Below, one piece after another: positions 9,150 to 17,709 of a stretch of DNA of 64,000 nt (positions within the stretch are counted from its first letter, which is position 1; each line of letters opens with the position of its first letter). The notes beneath the pieces were generated by a model, which saw only the letters and a program-made list of their open reading frames with translations, was not told the origin of the DNA and made no database searches. The DNA comes from an uncultured Eubacteriales bacterium. Its GTDB lineage: Bacteria; Bacillota_I; Bacilli_A; RFN20; CAG-826. The position numbers and the translations under genes were made by a program. The DNA lies in the NCBI GenBank assembly GCA_963652335.1, contig CAVJSS010000002.1, positions 27,718 to 91,717 of the forward strand, written 5' to 3'.

Positions 9150-10640
9150 ATGTATAGCCAAGAGAAACAATTCTCTTCTTTGGCTAAGATCTTATCCAAT
9201 TACGATCGCGTCATCATCGACACTTGCGCATTGATGGACGAAGGGTTTCCTCAATTCATGGACACTTTGGTTGGGTCGAAAAGATATTGGAAAGACGGAT
9301 TGCAAATCATTACATTGAAAGAATGCGTCGAGGAGCTTGAAAAACACGCCGCGAACAAAGACTGGCATTATAGCGAAGCTCGGATCGACGCAGTAAGAGC
9401 GCTTTCTATCTTGAAAGACGCCTATAGGAAGCATCACGTAATCCAAATCGCGAAAAGGCAGCAAAGAAAAGGTGACACCTTCGCGGATCCATCTATCTTA
9501 GCGACGGCAACGGTGCTCAGAATTCACTATCGAGTCCTAGTCATTACCCAAGACAAGAATTTAGCTTACGACTTAGAGGGCTTAAATTCTTTGGGATCGC
9601 AAAACGGAAGATTTTTAGCCACGATGAAAATCAACGCCGGAGGCCAATTGGAAGGCCATTCTTTAAATAAGCCAAAAGCCAAAGATTTCAAAAAAGCAGA
9701 GAACAAAAAAGATAAAAAACCCACTTTGAAGGTTGAAACAAAAGAAATCAAAGAAACAAAACAAATCGAATTCAAGCCAGTCCCAGTTCCGAAAATCGAA
9801 CAGAAACCGGCCAAAATCGCCGTTCAGCCTAAAAAAGAAGAAAAGCCAAAGGAAAGTAAGCAACCAAAGCCTTTCTATGTATTCGGACCGACCCCGGTCG
9901 ATGCCGTCATCGCATCCGCCAAACATTTGAATGTCTTGGTGCGCGACCCAGGAGTCGCTTACGTCAAAGAGATTCACGGCCCTGTTGATATAACCAAAAA
10001 CGTCTTAATCGATAAACTGCCCGTCTCCAAATTCCTTAAAACCGGAGACAATATGACTTTTAATGTCAAAGGACTTAAAGTCACGGCGGAGAAAACGGAA
10101 CGCGACTATCGAGCGACCACTTCCTTGGAACCGACCGACGACAAGAAAGAAACACCCAAAGTTGTCATAAAAGGAAAACAACCCGATAACGTTGCAAAAG
10201 TCGTCGAAGTTAAGAAAGACGAGCAAAAAACCGCAAAAGACGAGAAAACGGAACCGCCAGCTTCCAACAAACCGGCAGCCAAAGCCGAAAAACCGAAAGC
10301 CAAACCAATCGAAAAGACTTCGACAGCCAAGGCTCCGAAAGAAAAAAAGAAGCCTGCCGACCCCAAACAAGTTAAAGATAAGCCAACCGTTGACGAAAAA
10401 GCATCCGAGAAAGCCGAACCCAAAAAGCCTTCCGCTCCAAAGAAAACGCCTTTGGAAAAAGCTTTGGCGGTTGAAAAAAGATTGTCCGCCAACGTCTCCA
10501 ACCCAAATTATCCAAGCGAGAAAAAAGCAAAGGATATCGAATCTTTCATCAAACTCTACGATAAGTTGAGCGATGAGGAAAAGAAGCAGATAAAGCTGAC
10601 CAAAGAATTCTTGGATCAGCAAAAACAGCAAAACCAATAA
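9150..10640 (+). CDS. PIN-like domain protein with two lysine/proline/glutamate-rich low-complexity tracts
   Basis: Strong SD (AAGGAGG) before the ATG. The N-terminal ~165 aa carry four spaced acidic positions in PIN-like contexts (IIDTCALMD, ECVEELEK, FADPSIL, ITQDKNL). K/P/E-rich tracts lie at about nt 9645..9854 and 10140..10469. No signal peptide. Confidence 0.55.
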   Translation: MYSQEKQFSSLAKILSNYDRVIIDTCALMDEGFPQFMDTLVGSKRYWKDGLQIITLKECVEELEKHAANKDWHYSEARIDAVRALSILKDAYRKHHVIQIAKRQQRKGDTFADPSILATATVLRIHYRVLVITQDKNLAYDLEGLNSLGSQNGRFLATMKINAGGQLEGHSLNKPKAKDFKKAENKKDKKPTLKVETKEIKETKQIEFKPVPVPKIEQKPAKIAVQPKKEEKPKESKQPKPFYVFGPTPVDAVIASAKHLNVLVRDPGVAYVKEIHGPVDITKNVLIDKLPVSKFLKTGDNMTFNVKGLKVTAEKTERDYRATTSLEPTDDKKETPKVVIKGKQPDNVAKVVEVKKDEQKTAKDEKTEPPASNKPAAKAEKPKAKPIEKTSTAKAPKEKKKPADPKQVKDKPTVDEKASEKAEPKKPSAPKKTPLEKALAVEKRLSANVSNPNYPSEKKAKDIESFIKLYDKLSDEEKKQIKLTKEFLDQQKQQNQ

Positions 10641-10646
10641 ACCAAA

Positions 10647-10672
10647 GAAACTCCTTTATGGAGTTTTCTTTT
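10647..10672 (+). terminator. intrinsic terminator
   Basis: GAAACTCC-tttat-GGAGTTTT followed by CTTTTC, 7 nt after the stop at 10640. Confidence 0.7.
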
Positions 10673-10726
10673 CATTTGAATTAGAATGAGGCATACAGCC
10701 ATTCGTTCAAATGGAGGACTTGTCTT

Positions 10727-12379
10727 ATGAAGAAAAGAAAATTGATGCTCCTTGTGTTTGCTTCCGCTTTCGCTTTAAGCGGATGCGCCATAACTGACAT
10801 AATCGATAGCATGACCGGAAGCGGATCTTCCGTTTCGGATGAGCCAATTCCAGAAAACAACGGCTTGTTCACCTATACTGCCGACGGGTCCGAAAACCAA
10901 CGATATAGCCACAACCCATCTTATTCCGCGTCAGGGGTTGGCCTCGCAAACAACAAAATCACCTACGAAACCGTTGGCAACACAAATTGGAGCATTCAAC
11001 TTCCTTCATCTGGGTCTCCTAAGGTTCTTGTTGTGCCGGTCAAGGTAAAGGATTATTCGAAATACGCGACATCCGACGTGAGGAACGAGATTTATAAGAC
11101 TTTCTTTGGGAAAAGCGAAGAGACTGGTTGGGAATCGGTAACATCCTTCTATTACAAATCTTCGTTTGGCAAGCTCAATATCCAAGGCGCCGTCACCGAT
11201 TGGTATGATTGCGGGTACACTTCTAGCCAAATATCTCGCATGACATCATCTATCAGCGGTTATGATCCCACTTGGACCATTCTCGAAGATGCGGTTAGTT
11301 GGTATAAAAAAACATATAGTTCAACCAATGGAGTCGAGTTTGATACCAATCACGACGGTTTCTTTGATGCCGTTTGGCTCGTTTATGGCGCTCCTAACGC
11401 CCAAAACGACGATGATTTGGATGAGGGCATTTTTTGGGCTTATTCCTATTTCGACAACACCCCGTTTGAAAATGTGAAATATGTCTCTGATTTAGAAAAA
11501 TACAAATCCAACCCTGTCGGATATCATTATGCTTGGGCTTCTTATGACTTTATGTATGAAGGAACGAAAAGCAAAAAGAGAGACGCCCATACTTTCATCC
11601 ATGAAACCGGCCACCTTTTGGGATTGGATGACTATTATGTCTCAACCAGAAACGAAAGTTATCCAAACAACTATGGTCCTGTTGGCTTTGTTGATATGAT
11701 GGACGCCAACGTTATCGACCACAACTCGTTCTCCAAATTCGCCTTAGGTTGGGTTAACCCGTATGTTCCGACATCCAGCTGTACGATTGAACTTAAGCCA
11801 GCAAGCACTTCTGGCGAGTTCGTGTTGTTGCCAACTTCCGATGGATGGAACGGAATGCCGTTTGACGAATATATGGTCCTTGAATATTATACCCCAGAAG
11901 GACTCAATGCCGCCGATAGCGAAATGGTCTATTCAAATGGCATTCAAGGAATGACGAATAGGGGAATTCGCATTTACCACGTTGATGCCAGATTGGTCGA
12001 GCCAAATAGCAGCGGTACGAAAATCAAAGGCTATACTGATAAGATAAGCGCTTCCGACACAGTCTATTTAGCCAACAGCAACACAGCGGCATACAATTAC
12101 ATGGACCAAAAAGACCGCTTGATTCAGGTCATCGATTGCTCAAGCAAAAAGAATTACGACGCCGAATATGACAGCACAAAGAAACGTCCTTATACGGTCA
12201 GCAATTCAAGTTTGTTCACCGCTGGCAAAACTTTCTCATATGCGAGCTATGCCAACTCGTTCCCTAATTATTATTTCAATAGAACAAGCACGATGAATGA
12301 CGATACGACTTTGCCTTGGACAGTCAACGTTACTTCGATATCCAATGAAAAAGCCACGCTTACCATTACCAAGGCTTAA
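10727..12379 (+). CDS. lipoprotein, M6 (immune inhibitor A)-like zinc metalloprotease
   Basis: Signal peptide plus lipobox MKKRKLMLLVFASAFALSGC. Zinc site HTFIHETGHLLGLDDYY (HExxH...LGLxDxY, as in the M6 family). SD GGAGGA. Confidence 0.7.
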   Translation: MKKRKLMLLVFASAFALSGCAITDIIDSMTGSGSSVSDEPIPENNGLFTYTADGSENQRYSHNPSYSASGVGLANNKITYETVGNTNWSIQLPSSGSPKVLVVPVKVKDYSKYATSDVRNEIYKTFFGKSEETGWESVTSFYYKSSFGKLNIQGAVTDWYDCGYTSSQISRMTSSISGYDPTWTILEDAVSWYKKTYSSTNGVEFDTNHDGFFDAVWLVYGAPNAQNDDDLDEGIFWAYSYFDNTPFENVKYVSDLEKYKSNPVGYHYAWASYDFMYEGTKSKKRDAHTFIHETGHLLGLDDYYVSTRNESYPNNYGPVGFVDMMDANVIDHNSFSKFALGWVNPYVPTSSCTIELKPASTSGEFVLLPTSDGWNGMPFDEYMVLEYYTPEGLNAADSEMVYSNGIQGMTNRGIRIYHVDARLVEPNSSGTKIKGYTDKISASDTVYLANSNTAAYNYMDQKDRLIQVIDCSSKKNYDAEYDSTKKRPYTVSNSSLFTAGKTFSYASYANSFPNYYFNRTSTMNDDTTLPWTVNVTSISNEKATLTITKA

Positions 12380-12443
12380 TCTTTATTGATTAAGGTATTG
12401 ACCACGATTAAGATATTTAGCGTAATTACAGAAGAGGTTTGTT

Positions 12444-12959
12444 ATGAAAAAGAAAATATTGGACGTCTTAGGCATCGTCATCTTCGCTCTTGCCATCATT
12501 GTCTTTGTCGCCCCTGTCGGATCCGGCATCCACGCCAGCGTCAAAGCCGTTGGCTCAACCGCCGGCGATTTGGATTGGAGCGGATATACGGTTATTTTTG
12601 GCAACTGGGCCAATTCCTACATCAAAGAAGCTTCTGGTGCCAATATCGCCGGATTTACTCTCTTGGTTATCGGCGTCGTTTTCCAAACGATCGCAACCAT
12701 CTTGTTATTCCCGAACCCAAACGGTTCTAAGAAATTATCTGGTTTCTTGTTTGTTTTGGGTGGTTTGATGGAACTTGCGTTTGGCATCATTCTCTTATGC
12801 TGCAAATCAACCACGGGATTGGATGCCGTCGAATCCTTGAATGCGGCCTACAATCTCAAATTGGGAGTAGGCGTCATTCTTTCTAGCGTCGCCGCTTTGC
12901 TTGGCGCGGTTCTTTCTGTTGGAGTCGGCGTCCTTGCTTGGGGCAATAAGAACAAATAG
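12444..12959 (+). CDS. small 4-TM membrane protein, unknown function
   Basis: ATG with a GAAGAGG SD; four hydrophobic spans; followed by a terminator. Confidence 0.65.
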   Translation: MKKKILDVLGIVIFALAIIVFVAPVGSGIHASVKAVGSTAGDLDWSGYTVIFGNWANSYIKEASGANIAGFTLLVIGVVFQTIATILLFPNPNGSKKLSGFLFVLGGLMELAFGIILLCCKSTTGLDAVESLNAAYNLKLGVGVILSSVAALLGAVLSVGVGVLAWGNKNK

Positions 12960-12982
12960 CCAATACATAATAATTGTGATCC

Positions 12983-13004
12983 GCCGCCCGTTTGGGCGGC
13001 TTTT
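12983..13004 (+). terminator. intrinsic terminator
   Basis: GCCGCCC-gttt-GGGCGGC followed by TTTT. Confidence 0.8.
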
Positions 13005-13047
13005 CATTTCCTTTGTAAAACATATGCGTGCGTGTCTATAAATCAAT

Positions 13048-13383
13048 ATGGATATACGTTTTGATCAAAGAGAAAAAGAACGATTCGGTTTGGAATTCGT
13101 TCAATATTACGAAAGGAAGCTGTCTGAATGGATGGATCCTTTTAGAAGATGTCGCGCAGGTGGGTTCGATGCGAGAGAATTAGAGCCGTATCTTTTGGAG
13201 GCGTTTCTTGCTTTTGGAAGCGAAAGCCAAAAGAAAACCCTGGATCGTTTATTTGATAAGACCAACGAACTCTTCGACGAATATTATAAAGAAACCAGAT
13301 TGGATTTTTGCATTGCGCCGGATGTTTTCGCTCACCGCAACGAAGTTGAATCTGAGCTTAAAGGGATAAAAGAAAGAATTTGA
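13048..13383 (+). CDS. hypothetical acidic 111-aa protein
   Basis: Only long ORF between the terminator at 13004 and the CIRCE pair. TTGTAA-18-TATAAA lies just upstream. No recognisable motif. Confidence 0.5.
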   Translation: MDIRFDQREKERFGLEFVQYYERKLSEWMDPFRRCRAGGFDARELEPYLLEAFLAFGSESQKKTLDRLFDKTNELFDEYYKETRLDFCIAPDVFAHRNEVESELKGIKERI

Positions 13384-13389
13384 AAAAAA

Positions 13390-13416
13390 TTAGCACTTAG
13401 GTGTTGACAGTGCTAA
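13390..13416 (+). promoter_or_regulatory. CIRCE element 1 (HrcA operator)
   Basis: TTAGCACTT-N9-CAGTGCTAA against the consensus TTAGCACTC-N9-GAGTGCTAA. Its spacer contains the TTGACA -35 box. Confidence 0.85.
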
Positions 13417-13431
13417 AACAATGGCTAGAAT
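13404..13431 (+). promoter_or_regulatory. hsp20 promoter TTGACA-16-TAGAAT
   Basis: TTGACA 13404..13409 and TAGAAT 13426..13431. Confidence 0.7.
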
Positions 13432-13435
13432 ATAG

Positions 13436-13462
13436 TTAGCACTTAGAAAGAAAGAGTGCTAA
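13436..13462 (+). promoter_or_regulatory. CIRCE element 2 (HrcA operator)
   Basis: TTAGCACTT-N9-GAGTGCTAA, starting about 5 nt after the -10 box and ending 16 nt before the ATG. Confidence 0.9.
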
Positions 13463-13478
13463 ACGAAAGGAGATTCTT

Positions 13479-13871
13479 ATGTATCTTACCAATAGAAACG
13501 ATTCTTATTTCCCATATGACTTATTCCGCGATTTCTTCTCTGATGAAGGTTCGCATCTAATGAAGAGCGATATTTACACCGATGGTGATGAATATGCCAT
13601 CGACATCGAACTCCCAGGTGTTAAGAAGGAAGACGTCAACATCGAATACAAAAACGAATATCTGACCGTCTCAGTGACCGTCAAAGAAGAAAAGAACGAA
13701 AAGAAATATGCTTTGAGGGAACGCCGTTATGCTAGCGGATCACGCAGCTACCATATCGGCGAAGTTGATGAAAGCACCATCAAAGCCAACTTCGAAAATG
13801 GCGTGTTGTCGATTCGCTTCCCTAAGGATCAATCCAAAATCGAAGCCATACACCGCATCGACATCAAATAG
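13479..13871 (+). CDS. small heat-shock protein, Hsp20/alpha-crystallin family
   Basis: Alpha-crystallin domain (YAIDIELPGVKKEDVNIEYKNEYLTVSV...FENGVLSIRFPK). SD AAAGGAGA. Confidence 0.9.
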   Translation: MYLTNRNDSYFPYDLFRDFFSDEGSHLMKSDIYTDGDEYAIDIELPGVKKEDVNIEYKNEYLTVSVTVKEEKNEKKYALRERRYASGSRSYHIGEVDESTIKANFENGVLSIRFPKDQSKIEAIHRIDIK

Positions 13872-13897
13872 CTTCCAATCCTCCCTCCTTTGATACG

Positions 13898-13935
13898 AAA
13901 AGAGAGATCACCTGCCGATCTCTCTTTTCTTTTTG
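13898..13935. terminator. bidirectional intrinsic terminator between hsp20 and the M24 peptidase gene
   Basis: AGAGAGATC-acctgcc-GATCTCTCT, flanked by an A-run upstream and TTTCTTTTT downstream. Confidence 0.8.
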
Positions 13936-13945
13936 TCTGCTTTGT

Positions 13946-15121
13946 TTATTTAAGAATTGGGATTATGTGATCTTGCCTACCAGCCACGACAACGACTTCG
14001 TTCCCATCGATTAAAACGTTGGTTTCGCTTCTTATGCCGAAATCTGGTGCATATATCCCTGGTTCAAGAGAGAAACAGACGTTAGGAATGATTTCCCTAA
14101 AATCATGGGTCTCGTAATCATCCATATTCACCCCGCATCCATGTGGGCTAACATCGATGGCAATGCTATGGCCGACGCGATGAGTATAATATTCCCCGAA
14201 CCCCTGTTCGTTAATATAATCCCTGGAAACGTTATCGACTTCAAAACCGAAAACGACACGATTATCTATGTTTTTTCTAAGAAATTCCACGCATAGATCG
14301 ATGTCTTTTTTCAATATCTGGAATCTTTTTTCATATACGTCCGGGACCTTTTTGCCGACATAGCCCATCCAAGTGATGTCGGAATAAACCCCTTTTGGAT
14401 GGTCCATCTTGGCCCACATATCGATCAATACCAAATCATCTTCATGGATATCGTCGTTTGTTTCTTTGGTCGGTCCGTAATGAGGGTTGGAGGCATTCGG
14501 TCCGATCGCGACGATTGGATCATCGTCCCAAGTCATGCCTTCTTCCTTGAAACGTCTGCAAATGAATTGCTGGATTTCATATTCGTTTGCTTTGCCTTTT
14601 TTCTTTATTTCTTTTCCAATCAATTCAAAAGCCTCATCCTTGATAGACAAAACTTTCTTGTTGGCGATTCTTTGAAGCTCCTTAGCCTCATCGTCCAACA
14701 CGGCGGTCAGCTTTTGGAGAATATCGGCGGAGGAAACGATTTCGATTCCCAGTTTTTTCACGAAATCAACCGAGCCGTAATCAGCCAATGAAACGCGAGG
14801 CAACAATCCGTTTTCGGACATATCCATGCAGACTTTTTCATAATTGGAGAAACTTTCTTTTTCTATTTGGAGCATCTCTTCCCAAGTCTTATAGACCTTC
14901 AATTCGAAATCAGGGTTGTCTTTTAAGAAAATGGCATCTATCGAATGGCAAATGACATAAGGTTTTTCGTTTTTTGGCACGATCAAAAATATCTTTCTCG
15001 TAAGCATTTTCTTGCCTAAGAACCCAACCATTGCCGGGTTATGGTTTTCGTAATCAACCAAAATCCAAGCGTCCAAATTTTTGTCTTTTAGATAATTTTC
15101 AACGGTTTCTATTCGATTCAT
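13946..15121 (-). CDS. M24-family Xaa-Pro aminopeptidase-like peptidase
   Basis: Pita-bread fold motifs DLVLIDMWA, HRVGHSIAIDVSPHG, SLEPGIY and SETNVLI. SD AGGTAGGTGA. Confidence 0.8.
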   Translation of the reverse strand: MNRIETVENYLKDKNLDAWILVDYENHNPAMVGFLGKKMLTRKIFLIVPKNEKPYVICHSIDAIFLKDNPDFELKVYKTWEEMLQIEKESFSNYEKVCMDMSENGLLPRVSLADYGSVDFVKKLGIEIVSSADILQKLTAVLDDEAKELQRIANKKVLSIKDEAFELIGKEIKKKGKANEYEIQQFICRRFKEEGMTWDDDPIVAIGPNASNPHYGPTKETNDDIHEDDLVLIDMWAKMDHPKGVYSDITWMGYVGKKVPDVYEKRFQILKKDIDLCVEFLRKNIDNRVVFGFEVDNVSRDYINEQGFGEYYTHRVGHSIAIDVSPHGCGVNMDDYETHDFREIIPNVCFSLEPGIYAPDFGIRSETNVLIDGNEVVVVAGRQDHIIPILK

Positions 15122-15176
15122 AAGTTCACCTACCTAGCTATTCTACTCTCAAGGCCGTAAGTTGTATGATTATTCC

Positions 15177-16886
15177 ATGAATAAAATTTCGTTGGATAAT
15201 GCCTTTAACCCATATTTTGCCAGAGAAAACACCTTTTCTTTGAATGGCTTATGGGATTTTGACATAAATGATGGCGGCAAGCCAAATTATACGCTGAAGA
15301 TTTTGGTGCCTTTCGCTCCTGAAACCGAATTGAGCGGGATAAACAAAACGATCAAGCCACACCATACGATGCACTACCGTTTGGTTATCGACGAAGATAA
15401 CGAATTCAACGACAAAGAAGCCAAAATCTGTTTTGAAGCGGTGGATCAGGTATGCGACGTTTATTGGAATGGGACGTTTACCGCCCATCACGAAGGTGGC
15501 TATTGGTCGTTTTCCATCATCGTCCCCCACCTAAGAAAAGGAGACGTTATCGAAGTTGTTGCCAAAGACGACACCAATTCGGAAATATTCGCCAGAGGAA
15601 AACAAAGCCTTGCTCCGGGAACCATATGGTATAAAGCCACATCTGGAATATGGGGCAACGTTTATGTCGAATATCTCCCAGACGGCTTTAGGTTCGACAA
15701 AATCGATATCAATGCGAATTACGAAAAAAGAAGACTGGTAATTGATTTAGGGCACAACGTAGCCGATGCGAAAATCAAAATAACCACTCCTAATGGGGAA
15801 ATCTTGGAAGGCAAAAGCGACGCTTACGGAGAGGCTTTGATCAATCTTGAGGACTTCTTTTATCCTTGGTCAAATGAGAAACCTTATCTTTATAAAGTCA
15901 CCGTTTCCAAAGGAAAAGACGAAATCCACTCAGTCTTTGGAGTTAGGAAAATTGAGAAAATCGAGAAAAGAGGCAAAAGCCTTATCGCTTTGAATGGCAA
16001 ACCGATTTTTTTGAGCGCTTTGTTGGATCAAGGCTATTTTTCGCCAAAATCGGGGATGACCCCAATTAATCAAAACGACATAGTCAAAGAATTGAAGATA
16101 GTCAAATCTTTCGGCTTCAATTCGTTGCGAAAACACATAAAGATAGAATCTCCGCGTTGGTATTATGAATGCGACCGGCTTGGCATATTAGTCATCCAAG
16201 ACATGATCAATTCCGGCGGCAAAACACCTTTGTTTAGATTGGCTGCTGCCCCGTTTTTGAAACTCAAATACGATGACACAGACTACAAAAAGATGAAGCG
16301 GGAAAACAAACAATCACGGAAACAGTTCGAGACGGATGTGGCTAGGACCGTGAAATCGTTAAGGAAACACCCTTCGATAATCGCGTGGACTTTATTCAAT
16401 GAGGGGTGGGGTCAATTCGATTCAGTCAGATTGACGGATGCTTTGCGTTTGCTTGACGACGAAAGATTGATCGATTCCACTTCAGGCTGGTTTGACACTC
16501 AGTCAGGAGATTTCGATAGCCATCACGTTTATTTCAAAAAACCTCAATTGAAAAACGAAAGAGGAAGGATTCTATCCCTTTCCGAATTTGGAGGATTCGC
16601 TTATTCGGTTCCTGGGCATTCGCCTTTGACTAAGAAGTTTGGATACGCAAAATATGGCAGTTCCGACAAGTTATTAAATGCTTATAAGAAATGCTATTTG
16701 GAACAGCTTTTGCCTTTGATCAGCAAGGAAGGTCTTTCGGTCGCAGTCTTAACTCAATTCTCCGATGTCGAAGGGGAAACGAATGGGCTGGTTACCTATG
16801 ATAGAGAAGTGATCAAAATCGAACCGAAGGATTTCAAGAAGCTAAATCAAGCCTTATACGATGAATTCAAAAAGACTTGGGGTTAA
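15177..16886 (+). CDS. glycoside hydrolase family 2-like protein
   Basis: N-terminal sugar-binding-type domain, a TIM-barrel region with GFNSLRKHIK, and the acid/base motif AWTLFNEGWGQ. Start uncertain (TTG 15162 or ATG 15177). Confidence 0.75.
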   Translation: MNKISLDNAFNPYFARENTFSLNGLWDFDINDGGKPNYTLKILVPFAPETELSGINKTIKPHHTMHYRLVIDEDNEFNDKEAKICFEAVDQVCDVYWNGTFTAHHEGGYWSFSIIVPHLRKGDVIEVVAKDDTNSEIFARGKQSLAPGTIWYKATSGIWGNVYVEYLPDGFRFDKIDINANYEKRRLVIDLGHNVADAKIKITTPNGEILEGKSDAYGEALINLEDFFYPWSNEKPYLYKVTVSKGKDEIHSVFGVRKIEKIEKRGKSLIALNGKPIFLSALLDQGYFSPKSGMTPINQNDIVKELKIVKSFGFNSLRKHIKIESPRWYYECDRLGILVIQDMINSGGKTPLFRLAAAPFLKLKYDDTDYKKMKRENKQSRKQFETDVARTVKSLRKHPSIIAWTLFNEGWGQFDSVRLTDALRLLDDERLIDSTSGWFDTQSGDFDSHHVYFKKPQLKNERGRILSLSEFGGFAYSVPGHSPLTKKFGYAKYGSSDKLLNAYKKCYLEQLLPLISKEGLSVAVLTQFSDVEGETNGLVTYDREVIKIEPKDFKKLNQALYDEFKKTWG

Positions 16887-16901
16887 TTTCCGGGTCTTTT
16901 T

Positions 16902-16910
16902 TGATATAAT
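16902..16910 (+). promoter_or_regulatory. extended -10 promoter TGaTATAAT, 7 nt before the HAD ATG
   Basis: TGATATAAT 16902..16910, ATG 16918, no SD. Confidence 0.5.
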
Positions 16911-16917
16911 CAAAACC

Positions 16918-17709
16918 ATGATCAAGATCGCTTTTTTCGATATAGACGGAACACTGTTTGATAACGCTAAGCAAATTTGGAAAAAGAAAACCATGGAAGG
17001 CATCAAACAAATCCAAAAACGAGGTATAAAGTGCGTTTTGTGCACATCCCGCCCATATCATTCGATGGAGAAACTCGGTGCCTTTGACCAAGGGATAAAA
17101 TTCGATGGCTGGATAGGAAGTTGCGGGGCCGTCGCTTCCTATAACGGGAAAATAATAAAACGATTCTCCTTGAATCCAGAATTGGTGAAAAGATTCATCG
17201 AAAAATGCGGCAAAGACGGCTACACGATGGAAGTTGTCGGAATCTATGAAAGAACTTTGATTTATCCCCAAACCAAGGAATCGTTGAAATTCTATGATTA
17301 TTACAAAGAATCCATTCCGCCTCTAAAGCCGTACGATGGCAACGAGGCGATAACCATGAACTTCTTCGCCCCTTCTTCTGTCAGAGACGAATATTCAAAA
17401 GAATTCCCTATGTTGATCATCAATGAATATATTCCAAATTGTTTCGACGTCATGGAACATATGCATCGAAAATCAGAAGGGATGAAAGCCATCCTTGATG
17501 AATTGGGCTATTGCAAAGGCGAAGCGATTGCCTTTGGAGATGACATGCCGGATATCGAGATGTTAAAAGCAGCTTCGACTTTCGTCTGCATGGGGCAAGG
17601 AAAAGAAGAAGTCAAAAAAATTGCGTCATTCGTCAGCAAACCCGTATCCGAGGATGGGGTTTATCACGGGTTGAAACACTATGGTTTATTGGGAGAAGGT
17701 TATGAATAA
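16918..17709 (+). CDS. Cof-type HAD-IIB phosphatase
   Basis: MIKIAFFDIDGTLF (DxDGT), CTSRP and GDDMPDIEML motifs. The upstream part of ORF 16861.. overlaps the GH2 3' end and the promoter. Confidence 0.85.
   Translation: MIKIAFFDIDGTLFDNAKQIWKKKTMEGIKQIQKRGIKCVLCTSRPYHSMEKLGAFDQGIKFDGWIGSCGAVASYNGKIIKRFSLNPELVKRFIEKCGKDGYTMEVVGIYERTLIYPQTKESLKFYDYYKESIPPLKPYDGNEAITMNFFAPSSVRDEYSKEFPMLIINEYIPNCFDVMEHMHRKSEGMKAILDELGYCKGEAIAFGDDMPDIEMLKAASTFVCMGQGKEEVKKIASFVSKPVSEDGVYHGLKHYGLLGEGYE

Noticed and set aside
9645-10469. Possible tandem-repeat or CRISPR-like periodicity in the AAA/GAA-rich DNA.
   Set aside because: There is no fixed-length repeat/spacer structure. It is protein-coding low complexity (K/P/E). 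No CRISPR array or cas gene occurs anywhere in the window.
10005-10637. 210-aa ORF antisense to the lysine-rich protein gene, plus further ORFs at 9566..9977 and 10106..10569.
   Set aside because: These are products of low-complexity AAR/GAA-rich coding sequence read in other frames. The translations are F/L/R-rich nonsense lying fully inside a well-supported gene.
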